Assembly (NCBI GenBank): GCA_021462855.1
Contig: JAJTXQ010000067.1
Coordinates: forward strand, 2,860 to 66,859
Reading direction: 5' to 3'
Source of the DNA: Dehalococcoidia bacterium
Lineage (GTDB): Bacteria > Chloroflexota > Dehalococcoidia > DSTF01 > JACRBR01
DNA length: 64,000 nt
The notes beneath the pieces are model-generated. The model was not told where the DNA came from, made no database searches, and was given only the letters and a program-made list of their open reading frames with translations. Below are positions 11,072 to 20,566 of the stretch, one piece after another; the stretch's first letter is position 1, and each line of letters begins with the position of its first letter. Both the position numbers and the translations under genes were made by a program.

Positions 11072-13432
11072 CTACGCGGCTTTCGTCTCGGCGTGCCGGT
11101 GCCCGTCGAGGCGCGGGTTGACCTCGATGCGGCCCATCGCGTGCAACTGCTCGAGCGCGTCCACGACGACGGGGCAGAACAGGCGCCCCCGCTCCCGCAC
11201 GATCTCGGCGACGGCTTCGTCGCGGCTCCACGCGCGCTTGTATGGCCGTTCCGTCGTCAGCGCGTCGAACGCGTCGGCCACGGCGACGATGCGCGCGGGC
11301 AGCGGGATCTCGTGGCCCTTGAGCCCGTCCGGGTAGCCCGAGCCGTCCCACCGCTCGTGGTGCCAGCGGGCGACAGCGCGCTCGACCTCGAACATCGGAG
11401 AATCGCCGATCAGGCGCTCGCCGTGCTGCGGGTGTTCGCGCATCTTCTCCCAATCGTCGCGGCTAAGCTTGCCGGGGCGGAGCAGCACCTCGTCGGGCAG
11501 GCTGAGCTTGCCCAGGTCGTGCACGGTCGACGCGTTGCCGATCGCCTCCGCTTCCTCGCGCGAGAGGCCGAGCTCGAGCGACAGGTCGATGCAGTACGCG
11601 CGGATGCGGCGAAGGTGGCCGCCGGTGTGCGGGTCGCGGGCCTCGGCGGCGTCTGCGAGGCGCGCGAGCGACTCGCGGCTCGTGCGCTGCAGCTCGGCGT
11701 TCGTCGCTTCGAGTTCCTCGCGCAGCAGCGAGATCTTGATCGACGGCGCGAGATGGTCAGCGATGCTCTGGAGCGCGCTCATCGTCTCCTCGTCGAAGAA
11801 GCCGTCCTTGCGTGTCGCCGCGCCGATGATCCCCAGGAGCTGCGCGTCGAAGCGGATCGCGCAGACGGCGATCGAACTGATGCCGCCACGGGTGAGCAGT
11901 TCGGCCTCCCGCGGCGGCACGCGCTCGTCTGAGCCGGGCTTGAACACCGTCGGCGCCTGCTGCGCGATTTCGAGGATGAACTGGCGGCCTTCATCGGAAC
12001 GGCGGGTGATTTCCCACGTGTCAAGGAACTCCTCGGTTACGCCGGACGTCGTGCTGTACGGCTGGTGGTACACGTTGCCCTGAGCGATGCCTTCGATGGA
12101 GACCGAGACCACGCCGATGGACTTGGCGATCATCTCGGCGACCTTGCGGAGCCGGTCGCGCAGCGTGCCGCCGCCGGCCATCACCTGCGCCAGGTCGACG
12201 TGGATGTCGCGCTCACGTCCGGCCCGCTGCGCGTCGGCGTGGGCGCGACCGTTGACGATGACGACCTGCACCAGGTCGGCGAGCGCGAGCACCACGGGCG
12301 CATCGGGCCGGAACGACGCCATCGGCACGCCGGCGAGGACCATGCGGGCGCCGGCGGTATCTCCCGGGACGGGTGTGTCGATGATCCACGCCTCGGCCGG
12401 CAGGACAGAGGCGACGGCGTCCGTCTGGAGGGCGCTCCCGGAAGCGACGAGCGCGGAGAAGGAGTCGGAGATCTCGGGGTGCGCGGCGGCGACCGCTGTC
12501 AGCGCCTCGTGGCGGGCACTGGCGGGCGCGACGATGGCGCAGAGCGAGAGCGTGAATTCCTCCTTCGTCGCGGCGGCGATGTCGTCGAGGATGTGCGCCG
12601 TCGTGTGGTCGGGGCGGATCGCGCTGCCGACGCGCACGAACAGCTTGCGAGAGGCGCTGGTGAGGTTCGAGAGCGACTCCGCCTTGCGCCGGTGCTTCTC
12701 GCTGTACATTCGGCTGTCGGCGGCGGCGAACAGCGCCTGCGTCGTCTCGCCGTCGTCCGGATACGTGCCGATGCCGAAGCTGCCAAGCGCCGCCGTCGGG
12801 CGCCCGTCGACGATGACGGACGTCAGCTGAGACTCGATGCGCCGCGCGATCGCCGTCGCCCCCTCGCGGGTGGTGCCGGGCAGCGCCATCGCGAATTCGT
12901 CGCCGCCAGGGCGCGCGGCGAACGCCGCATCGCCGCCGCACGACGAGAAGACGCGTGCCGTGGCCTTCAGCACCTCGTCGCCGAACTGGTGTCCGAAGGA
13001 ATCGTTGAGCACCTTGAAGTTGTCGAGGTCCGCGACCACGAGCGTCAGCGGCATGTCGTCGCGCCGCGCCTGGCCGAGCGCCTCGTTCATGTGCGTCTGG
13101 AACGAGCGCAGGTTGTGCAACCCCGTCAGCGGATCGGATTCGGCGTGGATGCGCAGCTGCTCGGTGAGGTGGCGCACCTCATCGAGCATGCGTTCGAGGA
13201 TGCGGGCGTGCCCCTTGCGCGCGATCGTCGACAGCACGACGAAGATGACGAAGCCGAACGCGACCGTCAGCAGCTGCACGATCGACTTGAGGCTATTGAG
13301 GTGGCCCCAGTGCAGGTACACCGAGATGCTCGCCAGCACGAGGGCAACGATCGCCCCCGCCGCGCGGGCGACCCAGATCACACGGAACGCCTCGCGTTGC
13401 GCCGTCTCATTGGAAGAGACCGCCACGTTCAT
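11072..13432 (-). CDS. membrane-anchored diguanylate cyclase (GGDEF) - GAF - HD-GYP phosphodiesterase multidomain protein
   Basis: 786 aa. Two N-terminal TM helices, intact GGDEF (RPGGDEFAMAL, aa 176-180), a central GAF-like region, and a C-terminal HD-GYP domain (HDLGK ... HHERWDGSGYPDGL). Confidence 0.9.
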   Translation of the reverse strand: MNVAVSSNETAQREAFRVIWVARAAGAIVALVLASISVYLHWGHLNSLKSIVQLLTVAFGFVIFVVLSTIARKGHARILERMLDEVRHLTEQLRIHAESDPLTGLHNLRSFQTHMNEALGQARRDDMPLTLVVADLDNFKVLNDSFGHQFGDEVLKATARVFSSCGGDAAFAARPGGDEFAMALPGTTREGATAIARRIESQLTSVIVDGRPTAALGSFGIGTYPDDGETTQALFAAADSRMYSEKHRRKAESLSNLTSASRKLFVRVGSAIRPDHTTAHILDDIAAATKEEFTLSLCAIVAPASARHEALTAVAAAHPEISDSFSALVASGSALQTDAVASVLPAEAWIIDTPVPGDTAGARMVLAGVPMASFRPDAPVVLALADLVQVVIVNGRAHADAQRAGRERDIHVDLAQVMAGGGTLRDRLRKVAEMIAKSIGVVSVSIEGIAQGNVYHQPYSTTSGVTEEFLDTWEITRRSDEGRQFILEIAQQAPTVFKPGSDERVPPREAELLTRGGISSIAVCAIRFDAQLLGIIGAATRKDGFFDEETMSALQSIADHLAPSIKISLLREELEATNAELQRTSRESLARLADAAEARDPHTGGHLRRIRAYCIDLSLELGLSREEAEAIGNASTVHDLGKLSLPDEVLLRPGKLSRDDWEKMREHPQHGERLIGDSPMFEVERAVARWHHERWDGSGYPDGLKGHEIPLPARIVAVADAFDALTTERPYKRAWSRDEAVAEIVRERGRLFCPVVVDALEQLHAMGRIEVNPRLDGHRHAETKAA

Positions 13433-13468
13433 GCTATTAGCATCGGTAGCCCGAAAGGCCGTTAGAAG

Positions 13469-14074
13469 TCAGCGCGCGAGCAGAAAATCGGCGAATCCGC
13501 GCGCTTCGCGTTCGAGTTCTTCGATCCCGGGCCACCAGCCGTGGTCGACGCCCGGGACGGCCACGAGGCGGCGTCCCGGGCCGGCGAGTGCGGCCAGCGC
13601 GTCGGCGGGCGCGATGGGGTCCGCGTCGCCGGTGATCATAACGGTGGGGATCGTGTCCCGGAGCGCCAGGGCGCCGGCGGGCGGCGAGGCCAGCAGCAGG
13701 GCCGCGGCGCCGGCTTCCGCGGCCGCGGCGGCGGCCACGAGCGCTCCGAACGAATAGCCCGCGAGCAGGAGCGTGCCGGGCGCCTCGGCGCGCAGCCAGG
13801 CCGCGGCGGCGAGCGCATCGCCGGTTTCCGCCGCGCCGCCCTCGTGCTCGCCCTCGCTTCGGCCGGCGCCACGGAAGTTGAAGCGCAGCGTCGAGGCGCC
13901 GGCGGCGGCGAACGCGGCGCACAGGGCCGCCACGACGTGGTTATGCATGTCGCCGCCGTAGAGCGGATGCGGGTGCATGACGACGGCGGCGAGCGGCCGC
14001 TCGCCGCGGGGCACGCGTCCTTCGAGCGCGAGGCCGCCGCTGTCGATCGTGCACGGCGTCTCGGCGAGCGTCAT
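13469..14074 (-). CDS. alpha/beta hydrolase fold protein
   Basis: 201 aa from MTLAETPC, with VVMHPHPLYGG and nucleophile elbow GYSFGA. Its ATG overlaps the upstream stop (ATGA at 14071-14074). Confidence 0.8.
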   Translation of the reverse strand: MTLAETPCTIDSGGLALEGRVPRGERPLAAVVMHPHPLYGGDMHNHVVAALCAAFAAAGASTLRFNFRGAGRSEGEHEGGAAETGDALAAAAWLRAEAPGTLLLAGYSFGALVAAAAAAEAGAAALLLASPPAGALALRDTIPTVMITGDADPIAPADALAALAGPGRRLVAVPGVDHGWWPGIEELEREARGFADFLLAR

Positions 14075-14409
14075 GGGGCGGTGCCGCCGCGGCGCAGCAG
14101 CCTGCGCCACCACGGCGTCGAAGGCGTGCCGCGCAGCTCGACGTGCACGACCTTCCACAGCGCGTCGATTCGCTGCCAGCGCTGTTCGAGCACGAAGTCC
14201 CACCGCCCCGCGAACTGCACTGTGCTGGCGCCAGTGTTCTCGGTCTCGGTCAACTCGAGCAGCTGGTAGCCGGTGGCGCCGCGCATGTCGCGGTCGCGGA
14301 GGTTGAGGACCACGCGCGGCGTCGTGTACGACGCGAACGTCGGGAGGTCGCCGTCGACCCATGCCTGGGACTGTGTGCCGACGGCGTCGCGCAGTGATTC
14401 GTTTGCCAC
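14071..14409 (-). CDS. NTF2/SnoaL-like small protein (hypothetical)
   Basis: 112 aa with a GTG start preceded by AGGAGC. VANESLRDAVGTQSQAWVDGDLPTFASYTTP... resembles the N-terminal helix of the SnoaL/DUF4440 fold. Confidence 0.6.
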   Translation of the reverse strand: MANESLRDAVGTQSQAWVDGDLPTFASYTTPRVVLNLRDRDMRGATGYQLLELTETENTGASTVQFAGRWDFVLEQRWQRIDALWKVVHVELRGTPSTPWWRRLLRRGGTAP

Positions 14410-14444
14410 GGTCGCTCCTGGATCGCTGGATGCATGCGTCGTAA

Positions 14445-14719
14445 TCAATGGCGTTTCGGCGTTGGCGGGCGGCCGCTCGCGGCGAGCACCGCCTCGCGCA
14501 CTTCCTTTGGTTCGGGGAACCGCCCCTCGGCGCGGTAGTCCCAGACGACGGCGCCGTCGTAGCGGACGGTGAACGCGCCGCCATCGGACGGGATCAGCAC
14601 GAATTCGTCGGCGAGGTCGGGGCGCTGGTCCATGAGTTCGCGCGCAAGCCAGAAGGCGCGGCCGTGGAACTTGCACACCATGCAAAACTCGATCTCCAGC
14701 CGGTGGCGTTTCGGCTCCA

Positions 14720-14723
<4 letters not shown>
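14445..14723 (-). CDS. Rdx (SelW/SelT/SelH-like) thioredoxin-fold redox protein, CxxC form
   Basis: 92 aa: RLEIEFCMVCKFHGRAFWLARELM. The start (GTG 14723 or ATG 14720) overlaps the prfA stop. Confidence 0.75.
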
Positions 14724-15814
<1,091 letters not shown>

Positions 15815-15838
15815 CGTCCTGACGTGCGGAAACCCCCG

Positions 15839-15863
15839 TCACGAGGGGGTTTCACCTTTCGCA
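15839..15863 (-). terminator. stem-loop GAAACCCCC-N7-GGGGGTTTC between the GNAT gene and prfA
   Basis: Perfect 9-bp stem read directly. There is no strong U-tract on the minus strand. Confidence 0.5.
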
Positions 15864-15889
15864 GCATTCTAGCATCCGCCCGGCGGGCG

Positions 15890-16390
15890 TCACGTCGTGC
15901 GGGCGCTTCGCTGCGCGCCCTCGTGGTAGAGGTGCTCGTAAATCCCGGGGTCGCTGCCCTCGATGACGGTGGCGCCGCAGATGCGCGCGTAGAACTCCGC
16001 CGGTCCGACGGCGCCAATGATCGCGTACGCATACCCCATCTCGCGCATCGATTCCAGGCAGCGGAGGAGCAGCGCGGCGCCGGCGCCCTTGCCGCGGAGG
16101 TCTTCGCGCACGCCGGTGGGGCCGAAGAACCCGCGCCGCGACGCCTCGTACGAAGCGAAGCCGCAGATCTCGCCACCCAGCACGGCGACGAAGCCGGTGA
16201 TCGGGTGCCCGGAGAACGCGAGCTCGGCCTCCGACGCCCAGTTGTCGCCGAAGGTCGAGCCGACAAAGGCGCGCAGGGCGTGGCGATCCCACGCATCGAT
16301 GCGCCGGATGGTGATGCCCGCGGCGGCCGCACGTTCGCACCATGGCGTGGCGTCGGGGATTGCGTACAGGCGGACGAGCATGTCGGGCAT
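15890..16390 (-). CDS. GNAT family N-acetyltransferase
   Basis: 166 aa from MPDMLVRLYAI, with acetyl-CoA motif VREDLRGKGAGAALL. Confidence 0.8.
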   Translation of the reverse strand: MPDMLVRLYAIPDATPWCERAAAAGITIRRIDAWDRHALRAFVGSTFGDNWASEAELAFSGHPITGFVAVLGGEICGFASYEASRRGFFGPTGVREDLRGKGAGAALLLRCLESMREMGYAYAIIGAVGPAEFYARICGATVIEGSDPGIYEHLYHEGAQRSARTT

Positions 16391-16396
16391 GGCCGC

Positions 16397-16442
16397 AGGA
16401 TATCCCACGCGCGGCGGGAGGCCGTCCGCCGCGCCGTATAAT
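16397..16442. promoter_or_regulatory. divergent pair of leaderless-type -10 elements for GNAT (TATCCT, minus) and polA (TATAAT, plus)
   Basis: Minus strand: TATCCT(16402-16397)-gcggcc-ATG(16390). Plus strand: TATAAT(16437-16442)-cgtcgc-ATG(16449). Neither start has an SD. Confidence 0.5.
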
Positions 16443-16448
16443 CGTCGC

Positions 16449-19271
16449 ATGCCCGCTGAGAAACCCACGCTCGTCCTCGTCGATGGACACAGCCTGATCT
16501 TCCGATCGTTCATGGTGTTCCAGGGGAGCAGCTCGTCGAAGGCGATCGAGTTCAGCATCCGGAAGACGGGCGAGATCACGACGGCGGTTTACGGGTTCAC
16601 GAGCACGCTGCTGAGCGTGCTTTCGATCCTCAAGCCGACGCACCTTGCTGTCGCGCTCGATGCGCCGGGCGGCACGTTCCGGCACGAGAAGGACGAGACG
16701 TACAAGGCGACGCGGGCGCCCATGCCCGACGAGCTGAAGCGGCAGACGGGGCGCATCCGGCAGGTGCTGGAAGCGTTCAACATGCCGGTGTTCGAGGAGC
16801 CAGGGTTCGAGGCGGACGACGTGCTCGGCACGCTGGCGAAGCAGGCGAAGGCGCAGGGCATCGATGTCGTCGTCGTCACGCTGGACAGCGACCTGCTGCA
16901 GCTCGTTGAGCCGGGCGTGCGCGTGTTCATGTATCGCCCGTACATCAAGGCGGCGCCCGCGGTGACGTACGACGAGGCGGCGGTCACCGAGCGCTATGGC
17001 CTCGAGCCGGGGCAGATCCCGGATTACAAGGGGCTCAAGGGCGACACCTCGGACAACATCCCCGGCGTGGCGGGGATCGGCGAGAAGACGGCGACGAAGC
17101 TGCTCCAGCAGTTCGGCAGCATCGACGGCATCTTCAAGCGCATCGATGAGGTGACGCCGGAGAAGCTGCGCGAGAACCTGCGCGCGCATGAAACAGAGGC
17201 GCGCTTCAGCAAGGAGATGGCGACGATCCACCGCGGCGCGCCGACGCCGCTCGACATCGAAGCATGCCGGATCCAGGGGTTCGACCGCGCGCACGTGGAG
17301 GAGCTGTTCCACGAACTGGAGTTCCGCACGCTGATCGCGCGCATTCCAGAGGAGCTCGGCGTCGCCGCGACGGCGGCCTCCGCGCCGGCGATCGAGCCGC
17401 CGCGCGATACGGCGTACCGCACGATTACGGCGAAGAAGGCGCTCGACGCGCTGGTGAAGGACGCGCGCGCCGTCGGACGGATCGCGGTCCACGTGGAGAA
17501 CAGCGACCCGAATGGCATGCGCGGCACGCTGCTCGGCATCGCCATCGCGACGGCGCCGGGGTCGGCGGCGTACATCCCGGTCGGACACCAGCCGTCGCTC
17601 GATGGTGCGCAGCAATTGCCGCTCGACACCGTGGTCGCCGCGCTGCGGCCGTTGCTGGAAGACGAGAAGCTGCAGAAGGTCACGCACAACGGCCACGCCG
17701 ACTACCTGGCGCTCGCGAACCACGGCATCACCATGCGCGGCATGCGCTTCGATACGATGATCGCGGCCTACCTGCTCGGCGAGGCGAACATGCCGGTGCA
17801 CGACGTGGCGTTCGACCGGCTGTCGATGCGGATCAAGTCGCCGGCGGAGCTGCTCGGCACGGGCAAGGCAAAGGTTGCGATGGCCGCGGTCGCGCTCGAT
17901 ACGGCGTGCGAGTACTGCTGCGCACAGGTCGATGCGCAACTGCGTGCGGCCGACCTGCTCGCGGACGAGTTGCGCTCTCGCAACCTCTGGCCGCTGTTCG
18001 ACGACGTGGAGATGCCGTTGATGGCGGTGCTCGCGCGCATGGAGTTCGTTGGCGTTGCGGTCGATCCGGAGCCGCTGATCGCGATGTCCCGCGAGATGCA
18101 GGAGGAGCTGCGCGGCATCGAGGGCGAGGCCTACGCCGCCGTGGGCCACGAGTTCAACATCGGGTCGCCGCAGCAGCTGTCGCAGGTGTTGTTCGAGGAG
18201 CTGGGCCTGCCGAAGACGCGCCGCACCAAGCTCGGGTACACCACGGACGCGGCGTCGATGGACAACCTTCGAGGAGCGCACCCGATCATCGACCTGATCA
18301 TGCGGCATCGTGCGATCTCCAAGCTCAAGGGCACGTATGTCGATGCGCTGCCGGCGCTGATCCGCCCCGGGACGCGGCGGATCCACTCGACGTTCAACCA
18401 GGTGACGGCGGCGACGGGCCGGCTGTCGTCGAACGACCCAAACCTGCAGAACATCCCGGTGCGCACGGGGTACGGCAACAAGATCCGGCGCGCGTTCATC
18501 GCACGAGACATCGGCAAGCAGCCGATGCTGCTGGCGGCGGACTACTCGCAGATCGAACTGCGCATCATGGCGCACCTGAGCCAGGACCCCGCGCTGATCG
18601 AGGCGTTCCAGTCGGACGAGGACATCCACGCGGCGACCGCGGCGCATGTGTTCGGCGTCGACATCGACGAAGTGACGCCGGAGCAACGGCGGCGGGCAAA
18701 GGTGTTCAACTTCGGCGTACTGTACGGGCTCAGCGAGTACGGCCTGTCGACCAAGGAGCGTATCCCGCGCGAAGAAGCGGGCGAGTTCATCCGCCGCTAC
18801 TTCGAGAAGTACGAGAGGGTGCGGGCATGGCGCGACCGGGCGATCGAGTCGTGCCGCACGCTTGGCTACGCCGAGACGCTGATGGGCCGCCGGCGGTACA
18901 TCCCGGAGATCAAGTCGCCGAACTTCCAGGTGCGATCATCGGGCGAGCGGATGGCGATCAACATGCCGGTGCAGGGCACCGCGAGCGACATCATCAAGGT
19001 CGCGATGAATCGCATCGACGACGAGATCGCGGCGCGCGCGCTCGAGTCACGCATGATCCTGCAGGTGCACGACGAACTGATCTTCGAGGGCCCGCGCGGC
19101 GAGGTGGAGATCGTGCGCGAGATGTGCCTGCGGCTGATGCCGAAGTCGCTCGACCTCGTCGTGCCGCTGAAGATCGACGTCAAGGTCGGGACGAACTGGG
19201 GCGAGCTCGAAGTCGCCCGCGGCCCGCTCGTCGCCGAGGAGGAGTTCGCGTTCGCCGAGTCCGGCGGCTGA
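16449..19271 (+). CDS. polA: DNA polymerase I
   Basis: 940 aa from MPAEKPTLVLVDGHSLIFRSF (5'-nuclease domain), then a 3'-5' exo-like domain, then pol motifs (DYSQIELRIMAHLS, QVHDELIFE). Confidence 0.95.
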   Translation: MPAEKPTLVLVDGHSLIFRSFMVFQGSSSSKAIEFSIRKTGEITTAVYGFTSTLLSVLSILKPTHLAVALDAPGGTFRHEKDETYKATRAPMPDELKRQTGRIRQVLEAFNMPVFEEPGFEADDVLGTLAKQAKAQGIDVVVVTLDSDLLQLVEPGVRVFMYRPYIKAAPAVTYDEAAVTERYGLEPGQIPDYKGLKGDTSDNIPGVAGIGEKTATKLLQQFGSIDGIFKRIDEVTPEKLRENLRAHETEARFSKEMATIHRGAPTPLDIEACRIQGFDRAHVEELFHELEFRTLIARIPEELGVAATAASAPAIEPPRDTAYRTITAKKALDALVKDARAVGRIAVHVENSDPNGMRGTLLGIAIATAPGSAAYIPVGHQPSLDGAQQLPLDTVVAALRPLLEDEKLQKVTHNGHADYLALANHGITMRGMRFDTMIAAYLLGEANMPVHDVAFDRLSMRIKSPAELLGTGKAKVAMAAVALDTACEYCCAQVDAQLRAADLLADELRSRNLWPLFDDVEMPLMAVLARMEFVGVAVDPEPLIAMSREMQEELRGIEGEAYAAVGHEFNIGSPQQLSQVLFEELGLPKTRRTKLGYTTDAASMDNLRGAHPIIDLIMRHRAISKLKGTYVDALPALIRPGTRRIHSTFNQVTAATGRLSSNDPNLQNIPVRTGYGNKIRRAFIARDIGKQPMLLAADYSQIELRIMAHLSQDPALIEAFQSDEDIHAATAAHVFGVDIDEVTPEQRRRAKVFNFGVLYGLSEYGLSTKERIPREEAGEFIRRYFEKYERVRAWRDRAIESCRTLGYAETLMGRRRYIPEIKSPNFQVRSSGERMAINMPVQGTASDIIKVAMNRIDDEIAARALESRMILQVHDELIFEGPRGEVEIVREMCLRLMPKSLDLVVPLKIDVKVGTNWGELEVARGPLVAEEEFAFAESGG

Positions 19272-19285
19272 CGGCTGCCCGGCGC

Positions 19286-19314
19286 TTGACTCGCCGCCCT
19301 GCCCGGCATAGGTT
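19286..19314 (+). promoter_or_regulatory. candidate promoter TTGACT-17-TAGGTT upstream of the P450 gene
   Basis: Read directly. Followed by a 14-bp GC palindrome and an AAGGAGG SD. Confidence 0.35.
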
Positions 19315-19351
19315 GGACGAACCGCCGCGCGGCGGCATAAGGAGGCTCGCG

Positions 19352-20566
19352 ATGACCCAGGCAGAACTCGCGCCATCGGAGGAACGCGGCGCCTTCTTCA
19401 GCGACCCGGCGATGGCCGCGAACCCTTACCCGTTCTTCAAGATGCTGCGGGAGAACGCGCCCGTCGTGAAGTTCGGCGGCGTGCTCGGGTTGTGGGTCGT
19501 CTCGCGGTACGACGATGTGTGCCGCATCCTGCGCGACCACGAGACGTTCTCGTCGCGCGTCGACGCGACGTCGATGCGGGGCGAGGAGCGGCCGCCGAGC
19601 ATCCTGTTCGACGACCCGCCGGTGCACACACGGATGCGTGGCCTGATCTCGAAGGCGTTCACGCCGAAGGTGATCGGCGAGCAGCGCCCCGCGATCCAGA
19701 AATGGTGCGATGACCTCGTCGACAAGATGTGCGCGAAGGAAGAGGCGGACATCGTCAAGGAGCTGGCGTATCCGCTGCCGGTGACGGTCATCGCGCACAT
19801 GCTGGGTGTGCAGGACGGCGACCTGGCGACGTTCAAGCGCTGGTCCGACGCGATTATCCAGAACATCGGCAACGTGCTCGCGGGCGACGACAGTGGCCTG
19901 CTCCAGGTGAACGAGGAGTTCAACGCCTACTTCACGGAGCAGATCAACCGCCTGCGCGAACGCCCGGAGCCGAACCTGCTCAGCGAGCTGATCCACGCGG
20001 AGACCGACGCGGGCCGGCTGAGCATGGACGACCTGCGGCTCGTGTGCCGCGTGCTGCTCGTCGCCGGAAACGAGACGACGACGGGGCTGATCATCAACGC
20101 CGTGCGCGCGTTCGCCGAGTTCCCGGACGAGATGGCGCGCGTGAAGGGCGACCCTTCGCTCGTGCCGGACGCCGTGGAGGAGGCGGTGCGGTTCTACTCG
20201 CCGTTCCCCGGCACGTTCCGCCGCGCGACGCGCGACGTCGACATCGCCGGCGTCACGATCCCGGCGGGTGAGCGCGTCGTGCCGTTGCTGGCATCGGCCA
20301 ACCGCGATGAGACGCAGTTCGACGATCCTGACCGGTTCATCGTCGGGCGCGAACCAAACCGCCACGTCGCGTTCGGGCTGGGCATCCACTACTGCCTCGG
20401 CGCGCCGCTCGCGCGGCTCGAGGGCGATATCGCGATTACGACGCTGCTCAGGCGCATCAAGCGCGTGGAGGTGACGGAGAGCGAGCCGGGGAACTTCATC
20501 CGCCCCGGCGGTCCGGAGTCGCTGCGCGTGCGGTTCGAGCTCGACCGCGAGGCCGCGCCGGCCTAG
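19352..20566 (+). CDS. cytochrome P450
   Basis: 404 aa with heme-binding loop FGLGIHYCLGAPLARLE, I-helix LLVAGNETT and the ExxR motif. Confidence 0.92.
   Translation: MTQAELAPSEERGAFFSDPAMAANPYPFFKMLRENAPVVKFGGVLGLWVVSRYDDVCRILRDHETFSSRVDATSMRGEERPPSILFDDPPVHTRMRGLISKAFTPKVIGEQRPAIQKWCDDLVDKMCAKEEADIVKELAYPLPVTVIAHMLGVQDGDLATFKRWSDAIIQNIGNVLAGDDSGLLQVNEEFNAYFTEQINRLRERPEPNLLSELIHAETDAGRLSMDDLRLVCRVLLVAGNETTTGLIINAVRAFAEFPDEMARVKGDPSLVPDAVEEAVRFYSPFPGTFRRATRDVDIAGVTIPAGERVVPLLASANRDETQFDDPDRFIVGREPNRHVAFGLGIHYCLGAPLARLEGDIAITTLLRRIKRVEVTESEPGNFIRPGGPESLRVRFELDREAAPA

Noticed and set aside
13433-13443. Recurrence of ATGCTAA(A)T-like strings near three gene starts. They occur at 32213-32221 (operator half-site), on the minus strand around 560-575 upstream of the TTGACA in the 274-603 gap, and on the minus strand at 13433-13443 just before the GGDEF gene ATG.
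   Set aside because: Only a 7-8-nt match is shared, and only the 32204-32221 copy is palindromic. AT-rich words are expected to concentrate in promoters. The evidence is too weak to call a shared regulator site without a genome-wide count.
17400-17700. The polA 3'-5' exonuclease domain may have a degenerate Exo I motif (AVHVENSD where DxE is expected).
   Set aside because: I cannot align this reliably by eye. Exo-deficient Pol I enzymes are well known (Thermus and Bacillus types), so even if true it is not novel.
19322-19335. 14-bp perfect GC palindrome CCGCCGCGCGGCGG in the P450 leader.
   Set aside because: Such CG-only palindromes arise easily in DNA this GC-rich. There is no second copy or partner motif nearby.
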